Assembly (NCBI GenBank): GCA_964016885.1
Contig: OZ024743.1
Coordinates: 56,048,001-56,112,000, forward strand
Direction: 5' to 3'
Source of the DNA: Eledone cirrhosa
Lineage: Eukaryota
DNA: 64,000 bases
The notes below the pieces were generated by a model. It searched no databases. It was not told the DNA's origin and worked only from the letters and a program-made list of their open reading frames with translations. The translations under genes were made by a program, and so were the position numbers. This document shows, one piece after another, positions 8,401 through 18,299 of this stretch (positions within the stretch are counted from its first letter, which is position 1; every line of letters begins with the position of its first letter).

Positions 8401-11400
8401 AACGATGGTGTGTAATGGGGGAGTGGAGGAGTGCTGGGGTGGGGGTGGCATGGTTGTGTGTTATGTTGGTGTGAAGTGAGGGAATGTAATGTAGTTTTGG
8501 AGTGTAGTGGTGGTGTGTAGTGGTGGAGTGTAGTGGTGGTCTGTAGTGGGGGTGTGTAGTGGTGGAGTGTAGTGCTGGAGTGTAGTGGTGTATTGGTGGA
8601 GTGTAGTGGTGGAATGTAATGGTGGAGTGTAGTGGTTGAGTGTAGTGGTGGTGTGTATTGGTGGTGTGAGGTGGTGGTGTGTAGTGGTGGAGTGTAGTGG
8701 TGGAGTGTAGTGGTGGAGTGTAGTGGTGGAGTGATGTGGTGGTGTGTAGTGGTGGAATGTAGTGGTGGAGTGTAGTGGTGGAGTGTAGTGGTGGAGTGTA
8801 GTGGTTGAGTGTGGTGGTGTAGTGTAGTGGTGTAGTGTATTAGTGTAGTGTAGTGTTGGAGTGTAATGATGTAGTTTAGTGGTGGAGTGTAGTGATGGTG
8901 TGGAGTGGTAGTGTTTAGTGGTGGAGTGTAGTGGTGGAGTGTAGTAGTGGTGTGGAGTGGTGGTGTGTAGTGGTGGTGTGGAATCGTGGAATGTAGTTAT
9001 GGTGTGTAGTGGTGGTGTGGAATCGTGGAATGTAGGGGTGGTGTGGAGTGGTGGAGTGTAGTGGTGGTGTGAGGTTGGTGTGTAGTGGTGTAGTGTAGTG
9101 GTGGTGTGAGTGGTGGAATGTAGTGCTGGTGTGTAGTGCTGGTGTGTAGTGGTGGAGTGTCGTGGTGGTTTGCAGTGGTGGAGTGTAGTGGTGGTGTGTA
9201 GTGGTGGAGTATAGTGGTGGTGTGTAGTGTTGGAGTGTAGTGGTGGATTGCAGTGGTGGAGTGTACTGGTGTAGTGGTGGAGTGTAGTGGTGGTGCGTAG
9301 TGGTGTAATGTAGTGGTGTGGTGTAGTGGTGGTATGTATTTGTGGAGTGTAGTGGTGGAGTGTAGTGGTTGTGTGTAGTGGTGGAGTGTAATGGTGGAGT
9401 GTAGTGATGGAGTGTAGTGGTGGTGTGTAGTGTAGTGGTTGTGTGTAGTGGTGGGGTGTAGTGGTGGAGTGTAGTGGTGGTGTGTAGTCGTGTACTGTAG
9501 TGGTGGTGTTCATTTGTGTAGTGTAGTGGTGATGTGTAGTAGTGGTGTGTAGTGGTGGTGTGTAGTGGTTGTGTGTATTGGTGGTGTGTAGTCGTGTAGT
9601 GTAGTGGTGGAGTGTAGTGGTGGTGTGTAGTGGTGGTGTGTAGTGTTGGTGTGTAGTGGTGGAGTGTAGTGGTGGAGTGTAGTGGTGGTGTGTAGTCGTG
9701 TAGCGTAGTGGTGGAGTGTAGTGGTGGTGTGAAGTGGTGTAGAGTAGTGTTGGTGTTTAGTGGTGATGTGTAGTGGTGGAGTGTAGTGGGGGAGTGTAGT
9801 GGTGGTGTGTAGTGGTGGAATGTAGTGATGTAGTGTAGTGGTGGTGTGTAGTGGTGTAGTGTAGTGGTGGTGTGTTGTGGTGTAGTGGTGGTGTGTAGTG
9901 GTGTAGTGTAGTGGTGGAGTGTACTGTTGGCGTGTAGTGGTGGTGTGTAGTGTTGTAGTGTAGTGGTGGTGTGTAGTGGTGGAATGTAGCGGTGGAGTGT
10001 AGTGGTGGTGGGTTATAGTGGTGTGTAGAGGCGGTGTGTAGTGGTGGTATGTAGTGGTGGAGTGTAGTGGTGGTGTGTAGTGGTGGTGTGTAGTGGTGGT
10101 GTGTAGTGGAGGTGTGTAGTGTTGGTGTGTAGTGGTGGTGTGTAGTGGTGTAGTGGTGTAGTGGTGGTGTGTAGTGGTGGAGTGTAGTGGTGGAGTGTAG
10201 TTGTGGAGTGTAGTGGTGGTGTGTAGTCGTAGTGTAGTGGTGGAGTGTAATGGTGGTGTACATTGGTGTAGTGTAGTGGCGATGTGTAGTGGTGGTGTGT
10301 AGTGGTGGTGTGTAGTGGTGGTGTGTAGTGGTGGTGTGTAGTCGTGTAGTGGTGCAGTGTAGTGGTGGAGTGTAGTGGTGGTGTGTAGTGGTGGAATGTA
10401 GTGATGTAGTGTAGTGGTGGTGTGTAGTGGTGTAGTGTAGTGGTGGAGTGTACTGTTGGAGTGTAGTGGTGGTCTGTAGTGTTCTAGTGTAGTGGTGGTC
10501 TGTAGTGTTGTAGTGTAGTGGTGTTATGTAGTGGTGGAATGTAGCGGTGGAGTGTAGTGGTGGTGTGTAGTGTTGTAGTGTAGTGGTGGTGTGTAGTGGT
10601 GGATGTAGCGGTGAAGTGTAGTAGTGGTTTATAATAGTGGTGTGTAGTGGCGGAGTGTAGTGGTGGTGTGTAGTGGTGTAGTGTAGTGGTGGTGTGTAGT
10701 GGTGGTGTGTAGTGGTGTAGTGTATTAGTGTAGTGTAGTGTTGGAGTGTAGTGATGTAGTTTAGTGGTGGAGTGTAGTGGTGGTGTGGAGTGGTGGTGTT
10801 TAGTGGTGGAGTGTAGTGGTGGAGTGTAGTAGTGGTGTGGAGTTGTGGTGTGTAGTGGTGGTGTGGAATCGTGGAATGTAGTTGTGGCGGTAATGATGGT
10901 GTGTAGTGGTGGTGTGCAATCGTGGAATGTAGGGGTGGTGTGGAGTGGTGGAGTGTAGTGTTGGTGTGAGTGGTGGAATGTAGTGGTGGTGTGTAGTGCT
11001 GCTGTGTAGTGGTGGAGTGTCGTGGTGGTTTGAAGTGGTGGAGTGTAGTAGTGGTGTGTAGTGGTGGAGTATAGTGGTGGTGTGTAGTCGTGGAGTGTAA
11101 TGGTGGATAGCAGTGGTGGAGTGTACTGGTGTAGTGGTGGAGTGTACTGGTGGAGTGTAGTGGTGGTGTGTAGTGGTGGAGTGTAATTGTGGAGTGTAGT
11201 GGTGGTGTGTAGTGGTGTAGTTGTGGTGTAGTGTAGTGGTGTAGTGTAGTGGTGTAGTGTAGTGGTGTAGTGTAGTGGTGGGGTGTAGTGGCGGTGTGTA
11301 GTTGTGTAGTGTAGTGGTGGAGTGTAGTGGTGGTGTTTACTGGTGTAGTGTAGTGGTGGTGTGTAGTGGTGGTCTGTAGTGGTGGTGTGTAGTCGTGGAG

Positions 11401-14400
11401 TGTAGTGGTGGAGTGTAGTGGTGGTGTGTAGTGGTTGTGGGTAGTGGTCGAGTGTAGTGGTGGAGTGTAGTGGTGTAGTCTAGTGGTGGAGTGTAGTGGG
11501 GGGAATGTAGTGGTGTAATGTAGTGTTGGTGTGTAGTGGTGTAGTGGTGGTGTGTAGTGGTGGTGTGTAGTTGGGGAGTGTAGTGGTGGTGTGTAGTGGG
11601 GGAATGAAGTGGTTAAGTTTGGTGGTGTAGTGTAGTTGTGTAGTAGTGTAGTATAGTGGTGGAGTGGAGTGGTGTAGTGTAGTGGTGGAGTGTAGTGGTG
11701 GTGTGTAGTTGTGGTGTGTAGTGGTGCAATGTATTGGGGCATTGTAGTGGTGGGGTGTAGTGGTGGTGTGTAGTGGTGGTGTGTAATGGTGGTGTGTAGT
11801 TGTGGAGTGTATTGGTGTAGTGTAGTGGTGGTGTGAGGTGGTGGTGTGTAGTTGTGGAGTGTAGTGGTGGATTGTAGTGATGGTGTGTAGTGGAGGAGTG
11901 TAGTGGTGGTGTGTAGTGGTGGAGTGTATTGGTGGTGTGAGGTGGTGGTGTGTAGTGGTGGATGTAGTGGTGGTGTGTAGTGAGGGAGTGTAGTGGTGTA
12001 GTAGTGGTGTGTAGTGGTGGAATGTAGTGGTGGAGTGTAGTGGTGGTGTGGAGTCGTGGAATGTAGTGGTGGTGTGTAGTGAGGGAGTGTAGCTGTGTAG
12101 TGTAGTGGTGGTGTGTAGTGGTGGAGTGTAGTGGTGGAGTGTAGTGGTGTAGTGTAGTGGTGGTGTGTAGTGGTGGAGTGTAGTGGTGTAGTGTAGTGGT
12201 GATGTGTAGTGGTGGTGTGTAGTGGTGGAGTGTAGTGATGGAGTGTAGTGGTGTAGTGTAGTGGTGGTGTGTAGTGGTGGTGTGTAGTGGTGGAGTGTAG
12301 TGATGGAGTGTAGTGGTGGTGTATAACGATGGTGTGTAATGAGGAAGTGGAGGAGTGCTGGAATGGGGGTGGAATGGTTGTGTGTTATGTTGGTGTGAAG
12401 TGAGAGAATGTAATGTAGTTTTGGAGTGTAGTGGTGGTGTGTAGTGGTGGAGTGTAGTCGTGGTCTGTAGTGGTGGTGTGTAGTGGTGAAGTGTAGTGCT
12501 GGAGTGTAGTGGTGTAGTGGTGGAGTGTAGTGGTGGTGTGTAGTGGTGTAGTGTAGTGGTGCAGTGTAGTGCGGGTATGTAGTGCGGGAGTGTAGTGGTG
12601 GAGTGTAGTGGTGTTGTGGTGGAGTGTAGTGGCGTTGTGGTGGAGTGTAGTGGTGGTGTGTAGTGGTGAAGTGTAGTGGTGTGGTCTAGTGGTGGTATGT
12701 AGTGGTGGAGTGTAATGGTGGAGTGTAGTGGTGGAGTGTAGTGGTGGTGTGTAGTGGTGGTGTGTAGTGCTGGAGTGTAGTGCTGGAGTGTTGTGGTGGA
12801 GTGTAATGGTGGTGAGTAGTGGTGATGTGTAGTGGTGTAGTGGTGGTGTAGTGTAGTGGTGTAGTGTAGTGGTGTTGTGTAGTGGTGGAGTGTAGTGGTG
12901 GTGTTTACTGGTGTATTGTAGCGGTGGTGTGTAGTGGTGGTGTGTAGTCGTGGAGTGTAGTGGTGGTGTGTAGTGGTGGTGTGTACTTGTGTAGTGTAGT
13001 GGTGGAGTGTAGTGCTGGTGTGTAGTGGTGTAGTGTAGTGGTGGAGTGTAGTTGGGGAATGTAGTGGTGTAGTGTAGTTGTGTAGTGTAGTAGTGTAGTG
13101 TGTAGTTGTGGAGTGTGATGGTGGTGTGTAGTTGTGGAGGGTATTGGTGTAGTGTAGTGGTGGTGTGAGGTGGTGGTGTGTGGTGGTGGAGTGTAGTAGT
13201 GGTGTGTAGTGGTAGAGTGTAGTGGTAGAGTGTAGTGGTGGTGTGTAGTGGTGTAGTGGTTGAATGTAGTGGTGGTGTGTAGTGGTGGAGTGTAGTGGTG
13301 GTCTGTAGTGGTGGTGTGTAGTGGCGTGTTGTTATGGAATGCACTGGTGGTGTGTAGTGGTGGTGTGTAGTGGTGGAGTGTAGTGGTGGAGTGTAGTGGT
13401 GTAGTGGTGGAGTGTAGTGGTGGAGTGTAGTGGTGGTGTGTAGTGGTGTAGTGTAGTGGTGTAGTGTAGTGGTGGTGTGAGGTGCGGGAGTGTAGTTGTG
13501 GAGTGTAGTGGTGGAGTGTAGTGTTGGTGTGTAGTGGTGGAGTGTAGTGGTCGTGTGTAGTGGGGGAGTGTAGTGGTGTAGTGTAGTGGTGGAGTGTAGT
13601 GGTGGTGTGAGGTGGTGGTGTGTAGCGGTGGAGTGTAATGGTGTTTGGTGGTATATGGTGGGGGAGTATAGTGGTTTAGTTTAGTGCTGGTGTCTAGTGG
13701 TGTAGTGTAGTGGTGGTGTGAGGTGGTGATGTGTAGTGGTGGAGTGTAGTGGTGGAGTGTAGTGGTGTAGTATCGTGGTGGTGTGTAGTGTGGTGTGTAG
13801 TTGTGGAGTGTAGTGGTGGAATGTAGTGGTGATGTGTAATGGTGGAGTGTAGTGGTGGAGTGTAGTGGTTGTGTGTAGTGTAGTGGCGGTGCCTATTGGT
13901 GGTGTGTAGTGGTGGATTGTAGTTGTGGTGTGTAGTTGTGTAGTGTAGAGGTGCATGTAGTGGCGGAGCGTAGTGGTGGAGTGTAGTTGTGGAGTGTAGT
14001 GTTGGTTTGTAGTGGTGGTGTGTAGTTGTGGAGTGTAGTGGTGTAGTGTAGTGGTGGAGTGTAGTGTTGGTGTTTAGTAGTGGAGTGTAGTGGTGGTGTG
14101 TAGCGGTGGAATGTAGTGGTGTAGTGTATTGTGATGTGAAGTGGTGTTGTCTAGAGGTGTAATGAAGTGGTGGTGTGGAGAGGTGTAATGAAGTGGTGGT
14201 GTGTAGTGGTGGTGTGTAGTGGTGGAGTGTAGTGGTGGAGTGTAGTGGTGTAGTGTAGTGGTGGTGTGTAGAGGTCTAGTGTAGTGGTGTAGTGTAGTGG
14301 TGGAGTGTAGTGGTGGTGTGTAGAGGTCTAGTGTAGTGGTGTAGTGTAGTGGTGGAGTGTAATGGTGTAGTGTAGTGGTGGAGTGTAGTGGTGGTATGTA

Positions 14401-14990
14401 GAGGTCTAGTGTAGTGGTGGTGTGTAGAGGTCTAGTGTAGTGGTGGAGTGTAGTGGTGTAGTGTAGTGGAGGTGTGTAGAGGTCTAGTGTAATGGTGTAG
14501 TGTAGTGGTGGTGTGTAGTGGTGGTGTGTAGAGGTCTAGTGTAATGGTGTAGTGTAGTGATGGAGTGTTGTGGTGGTGTGTAGAGGTCTAGTGTAGTGGT
14601 GTAGTGTAGTGGTGGTGTGTAGAGGTCTAGTGTAGTGGTGGAGTGTAGTGGTGGTGTGTAGAAGTCTAGTGTAGTGGTGGTGTGTAGAGGTCTAGTGTCG
14701 TGGTGGTGTGTAGAGGTCTAGTGTAGTGGTGTAGTGTAGTGGTGGTGTGTAGAGCTCTAGTGTAGTGGTGGAGTGTAGTGGTGTAGTGTAGTAGTGGTGT
14801 GTAGAGGTCTAGTGTAGTGGTGGTGTGTAGTGGTGTAGTGTAGTGGTGGTGTGTAGAGGTCTAGTGTAGTGGTGGTGTGTAGAGGTCTAGTGAGGTGGTG
14901 GTGTGTAGAGGCCTAGTGTAGTGGTGGTGTGTAAAGGTTTAGTGTAATGGTGGTGTGTAAAGGTTTAGTGTAATGGTGGTGTGTAGTTGT
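5457..14990. repeat. ~9.5 kb G/T-rich tandem array built from 13-bp GTGGTGG(A/T)GTGTA with 8-bp GTGGTGTA and 5-bp GTGTA sub-units, with higher-order duplications
   Basis: Direct reading. The minus-strand HHYTPPLHTTT-type ORFs reflect a 13-bp unit read through three frames. Diagnostic variant strings recur at kb spacing. Confidence 0.97.
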
Positions 14991-15054
14991 GATATACTAC
15001 AATAATTCATGAATAGAAGGTAGGTTATACAAGATATCCAAAAACTGCTTCGGG

Positions 15055-15321
15055 GTTGTTGTTTTGTTGTTGTTTTGTTGTTTTGCTGTTTTGTTTTTGT
15101 TGTTGTTTTGTTGTTGTTCTGTTGTTTTGTTGTTGTTTTGTTGTTGTTTTGTTGTTTTGTTGTTGTTTTGTTGTTGTTTTGTTGTTGTTTTGTTGTTTTG
15201 TTGTTGTTTTGTTCTTTTTTTTTCTTTTTGTTGTTGTTTTGTTGTTTTTGTTGTTGTTTTTGTTGTTTTGTTGTTGTTTTGTTGTTGTTTTGTTGTTGTT
15301 TTGTTGTTTTGTTTTGTTTTT
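15055..15321. repeat. (GTT)n/(GTTTT)n compound microsatellite
   Basis: GTTGTTGTTTT-type units read directly. Confidence 0.95.
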
Positions 15322-15540
15322 AAGTTGCGAAAATTCTGATGTTACAGAATAATGAAAGAAATAAGTCTGAAGACTGTATCCTCTTACAATATAACATGAA
15401 AATATGATTTATTATATACAGTTAGATATGCTGTCATATTCCACTGAACTCTGAAGAGGCGGACAGATAGTCTATTACATGCAACACAGTTCATACTTCT
15501 GACCTGTCGTTATTTTTTTTCCCTCTATCAAAGTAGTATT

Positions 15541-15701
15541 GCAGCGAATTTGGCAGAGTCGTTAGAGCGTTGGGTAGACTGTTTCGCGGTATTAGTTTCG
15601 GCTCTTTGCACTCTGAGAGTTCAAATCTCGTCGAAGTCAACTTTACCTTTCATTCTTTTCCAAATCGATAAATAACACACCAGTCCAGTACTGGTGTCGA
15701 A
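15541..15701 (+). mobile_element. Family-1 SINE, diverged, 3' end lost into a CT microsatellite
   Basis: A-box TGGCAGAGTCGTTAG and B-box GTTCAAATC (15619-15627), followed by AACTTTACCTTTCAT, CGATAAATAA and CCAGT..GTACTGGTGTCGA. Confidence 0.8.
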
Positions 15702-15945
15702 TTTCTTTCTCTCTCTTTCTCTCTCTTCACTCTCTCTATCTATCTTCTCTCTTCGCTTCACGCTCTCTCTCTATTTATCTCTATCTATCTTCTCTCTCGT
15801 CTTCTCTCTGTCTCTATCCATCTCTCTAGCTCTACCTATCTCCTCTCTCTCCTTCTCTATCTCTCTTTCTCCCTCTTTCTCTCTCTATCTATCAATCTAT
15901 TTATCTATCTATCTATTCCCTGCCTCTCCTCTTCTATCTCTGTCT
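15702..15945. repeat. Degenerate (CT)n/(CTAT)n microsatellite
   Basis: Polypyrimidine CT/TCTA repeats. Confidence 0.9.
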
Positions 15946-16126
15946 TATGCTAAACTTCCCATACTCTTTCCAACTAGGTCCTAAATACCCTGCAATATAT
16001 AAAGGTAAAAAGTAAAGTGTCTTTATCTCCTCATTGAGTCGTGGGACGCCGTTCTGACACATGGCGTGTCTTAAGTATTTTGTATCTGACAGAGCCAAGT
16101 AAGAACACAGCCGAATTCTTCCATAG

Positions 16127-16238
16127 TAAAAGAATGAAAGGCGAATTCACGTTTACGGTGTTTGAACTCAGAGCACGGTGAGTCGAAACAAGGCGAGGCC
16201 CTTTTACATCGACACCTAACGACTCAGCCAATTCCACA
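16127..16238 (-). mobile_element. Family-1 SINE 5' half, diverged
   Basis: The reverse complement reads TGGAATTGGCTGAGTCGTTAGG ... CTCTGAGTTCAAAC ... CGCCTTTCATTC. Confidence 0.7.
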
Positions 16239-16315
16239 TTAATATTACACTTCCCTCAGTTAATTCAATAATTCATATTCTAATGTAAAACCTTCTGGAA
16301 TAAATGCCAGATATA

Positions 16316-16712
16316 TGGCAAAGTATTAGAGGATCGGATTAAAAGTGCCTTGATATTGAGGAAGCACAATTACCATAACCTTTAAATACACAATGTCAAT
16401 TGCATAGATCTTGTAAATTTCTATACAAACAGACCAATTCCTTCTTACTCTTTCCATCAATTTATACTGTTATCTATTTCACCACTCCCACCCCTTCTTT
16501 TAACTAAGTAACCTCTTCTTCACACATACATCATTTCCTACCTCTTCCCCTTATAGTTTTTTTATATAACTCATACATGTTAAATCCTTGACCCAGTGTG
16601 AGTGTGTGTCTGTGAGACATATATGATCCGGCTTTCTGCGCTCTGAGTTCAAATCCCCCCGACATCAACTTTGCTTTTAATGCTTTCAAGTTCAGTACTG
16701 GGGTCGATTCTA
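16316..16712 (+). mobile_element. Family-1 SINE apparently split by ~260 bp of unrelated DNA
   Basis: Head-like TGGCAAAGTATTAGAGGATCGG...GTGCCTTG at 16316-16357. The continuation TCCGGCTTTCTGCGCTCTGAGTTCAAATCCC..GACATCAACTTTGCTTTT..GTACTGGGGTCGAT lies at 16627-16709. Confidence 0.55.
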
Positions 16713-16842
16713 TTCTACAGTACATTCTTTCTCTGGAAGAAGTCAGCGGTGTTTAGACCTGGAAAAGGATGGAGTCTGCAAGGTTTAAAATTCCCCTTTC
16801 AGGATGGCGTCCGTATGACTCTATCAGCAATTCAGGTCTCTT

Positions 16843-17140
16843 TATCATAGTGCTTAGAGCATTTGGGCTTTCAATAAAAAGGTTGTGAGATTGATTCTTG
16901 GACCGGGTAATGCGTTGTGTCCTTGAGCAAGACACTTTATTTCACATTGCTTCAATTTCCTCTGCCGTAGAAATGAATTCCGATGTACCTAGTGTCGAGC
17001 CGTATCGGCCATTGCCTTTCCCTTGGACATCATTGTTGGCGTGGAGCGGAGAGGCTGGTATGCTTGGGTGACTGCTGGTCTTCCACAAACAACATTACCA
17101 GGACTTGTGATTCGTTGCCGAAGGGACTCTTTACCCTTTA
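16843..17140 (+). mobile_element. CORE-like tRNA-derived SINE (family 2), degenerate
   Basis: Decayed A/B boxes (TAGTGCTTAGAGC; GAGATTGATTC) followed by GTGTCCTTGAGCAAGACACTTTA (16917-16939), which resembles the MIR/CORE motif GTGACCTTGGGCAAGTCACTT. The 3' boundary is approximate. Confidence 0.6.
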
Positions 17141-18299
17141 AGTGTGTGTACTCTACATGTTTTGTTGCCATTTACGTTATTGTTGTTGCTTAAGTTGTTG
17201 CCTCAGTTTACGTTGTTGCTGTTGGTGTCCTTGGTGTTGTTGATGTCCTTGGTGTTGTTGGTGGTGTCCTTGGTGTTGTTGATGTCCTTGGTGTTGTTGA
17301 TGTCCTTGGTGTTGTTGATGGTGTCCTTGGTGTTGTTGTTGGTGTCCTTGGTTTTGTTGATGGTGTCCTTGGTGTTGTTGTTGTGGGTGTCCTTGGTGTT
17401 CTTGTTGGTATCCTTGGTGTTGTTGTTGGTGTCCTTGGTGTTGTTGTTGGTGTCTTTGGTTTTGTTGATGGTGTCCTTGGTGTTGTTGTTGTTGGTGTCC
17501 TTGGTGTTGTTGGTGTTCTTGGTGTTGTTGTTGATGCCCTTGGTGTTGTTGTTGGTGTCCTTGGTGTTGTTGTTGGTGTCCTTGGTGTTGTTGTTGGTGT
17601 CCTTGGTATTGTTGTTGGTGTCCTTGGTTTTGTTGTTGTTGGTGTCCTTGGTGTTGTTGTTGGTGTCCTTGGTGTTGTTGTTGGTGTCCTTGGTTTTGTT
17701 GATGGTGTCCTTGGTGTTGTTGTTGGTGTCCTTGGTGTTGTTGGTGTTCTTGGTGTTGTTGTTGATGCCCTTGGTGTTGTTGTTAATGTCCTTGATGTTG
17801 TTGTTGGTGTCCTTGGTATTGTTGTTGGTGTCCTTGGTGTTGTTGTTGTTGGTGTCCTTGGTATTGTTGTTGGTGTCTTTGGTGTTGTTGTTGATGTCCT
17901 TGGTTTTGTTGTTTGTGTCCTTGGTGTTGTTGTTGGTGTCCTTGGTGTTGTTGTTGGTGTCCTTGGTGTTGTTGTTGGTGTCCTTGGTGTTGTTGGTGTC
18001 CTTGGTGTTGTTGTTGGTGTCCTTGGTGTTGTTGTTGGTGTCCTTGGTGTTGTTGTTGGTGTCCTTGGTGTTGATGATGGTGTCCTTGGTGTTGTTGTTG
18101 GTGTCCTTGGTGTTGTTGTTGTTGGTGTCCTTGGTGTTGTTGTTGGTGTCCTTGGTGTTGTTGTTGGTGTCCTTGATGTTGTTGTTGATGTCCTTGGTGT
18201 TGTTGATGGTGTCCTTGGTGTTGTTGTTGGTGTCCTTGGTGTTGTTGTTGGTGTCCTTGGTGTTGTTGTTGGTGTCCTTGGTGTTGTTGTTGGTGTCCT

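Noticed and set aside
5910-13956. His/Thr/Pro-rich extensin- or mucin-like proteins on the minus strand
   Set aside because: The 13/8/5-bp units are not multiples of 3, overlapping frames give the same peptide pattern, and there is no signal peptide or unique domain.
5457-14990. Telomeric repeat or Chi-site array
   Set aside because: No TTAGGG-type array, and it is internal with unique DNA on both sides. The GTGGTGG resemblance to Chi is compositional.
16913-16926. CORE-SINE motif GTTGTGTCCTTG as the seed of the adjacent 21-bp satellite
   Set aside because: Only a ~9-bp exact match (GTGTCCTTG) ~290 bp from the array, too short to distinguish from chance.
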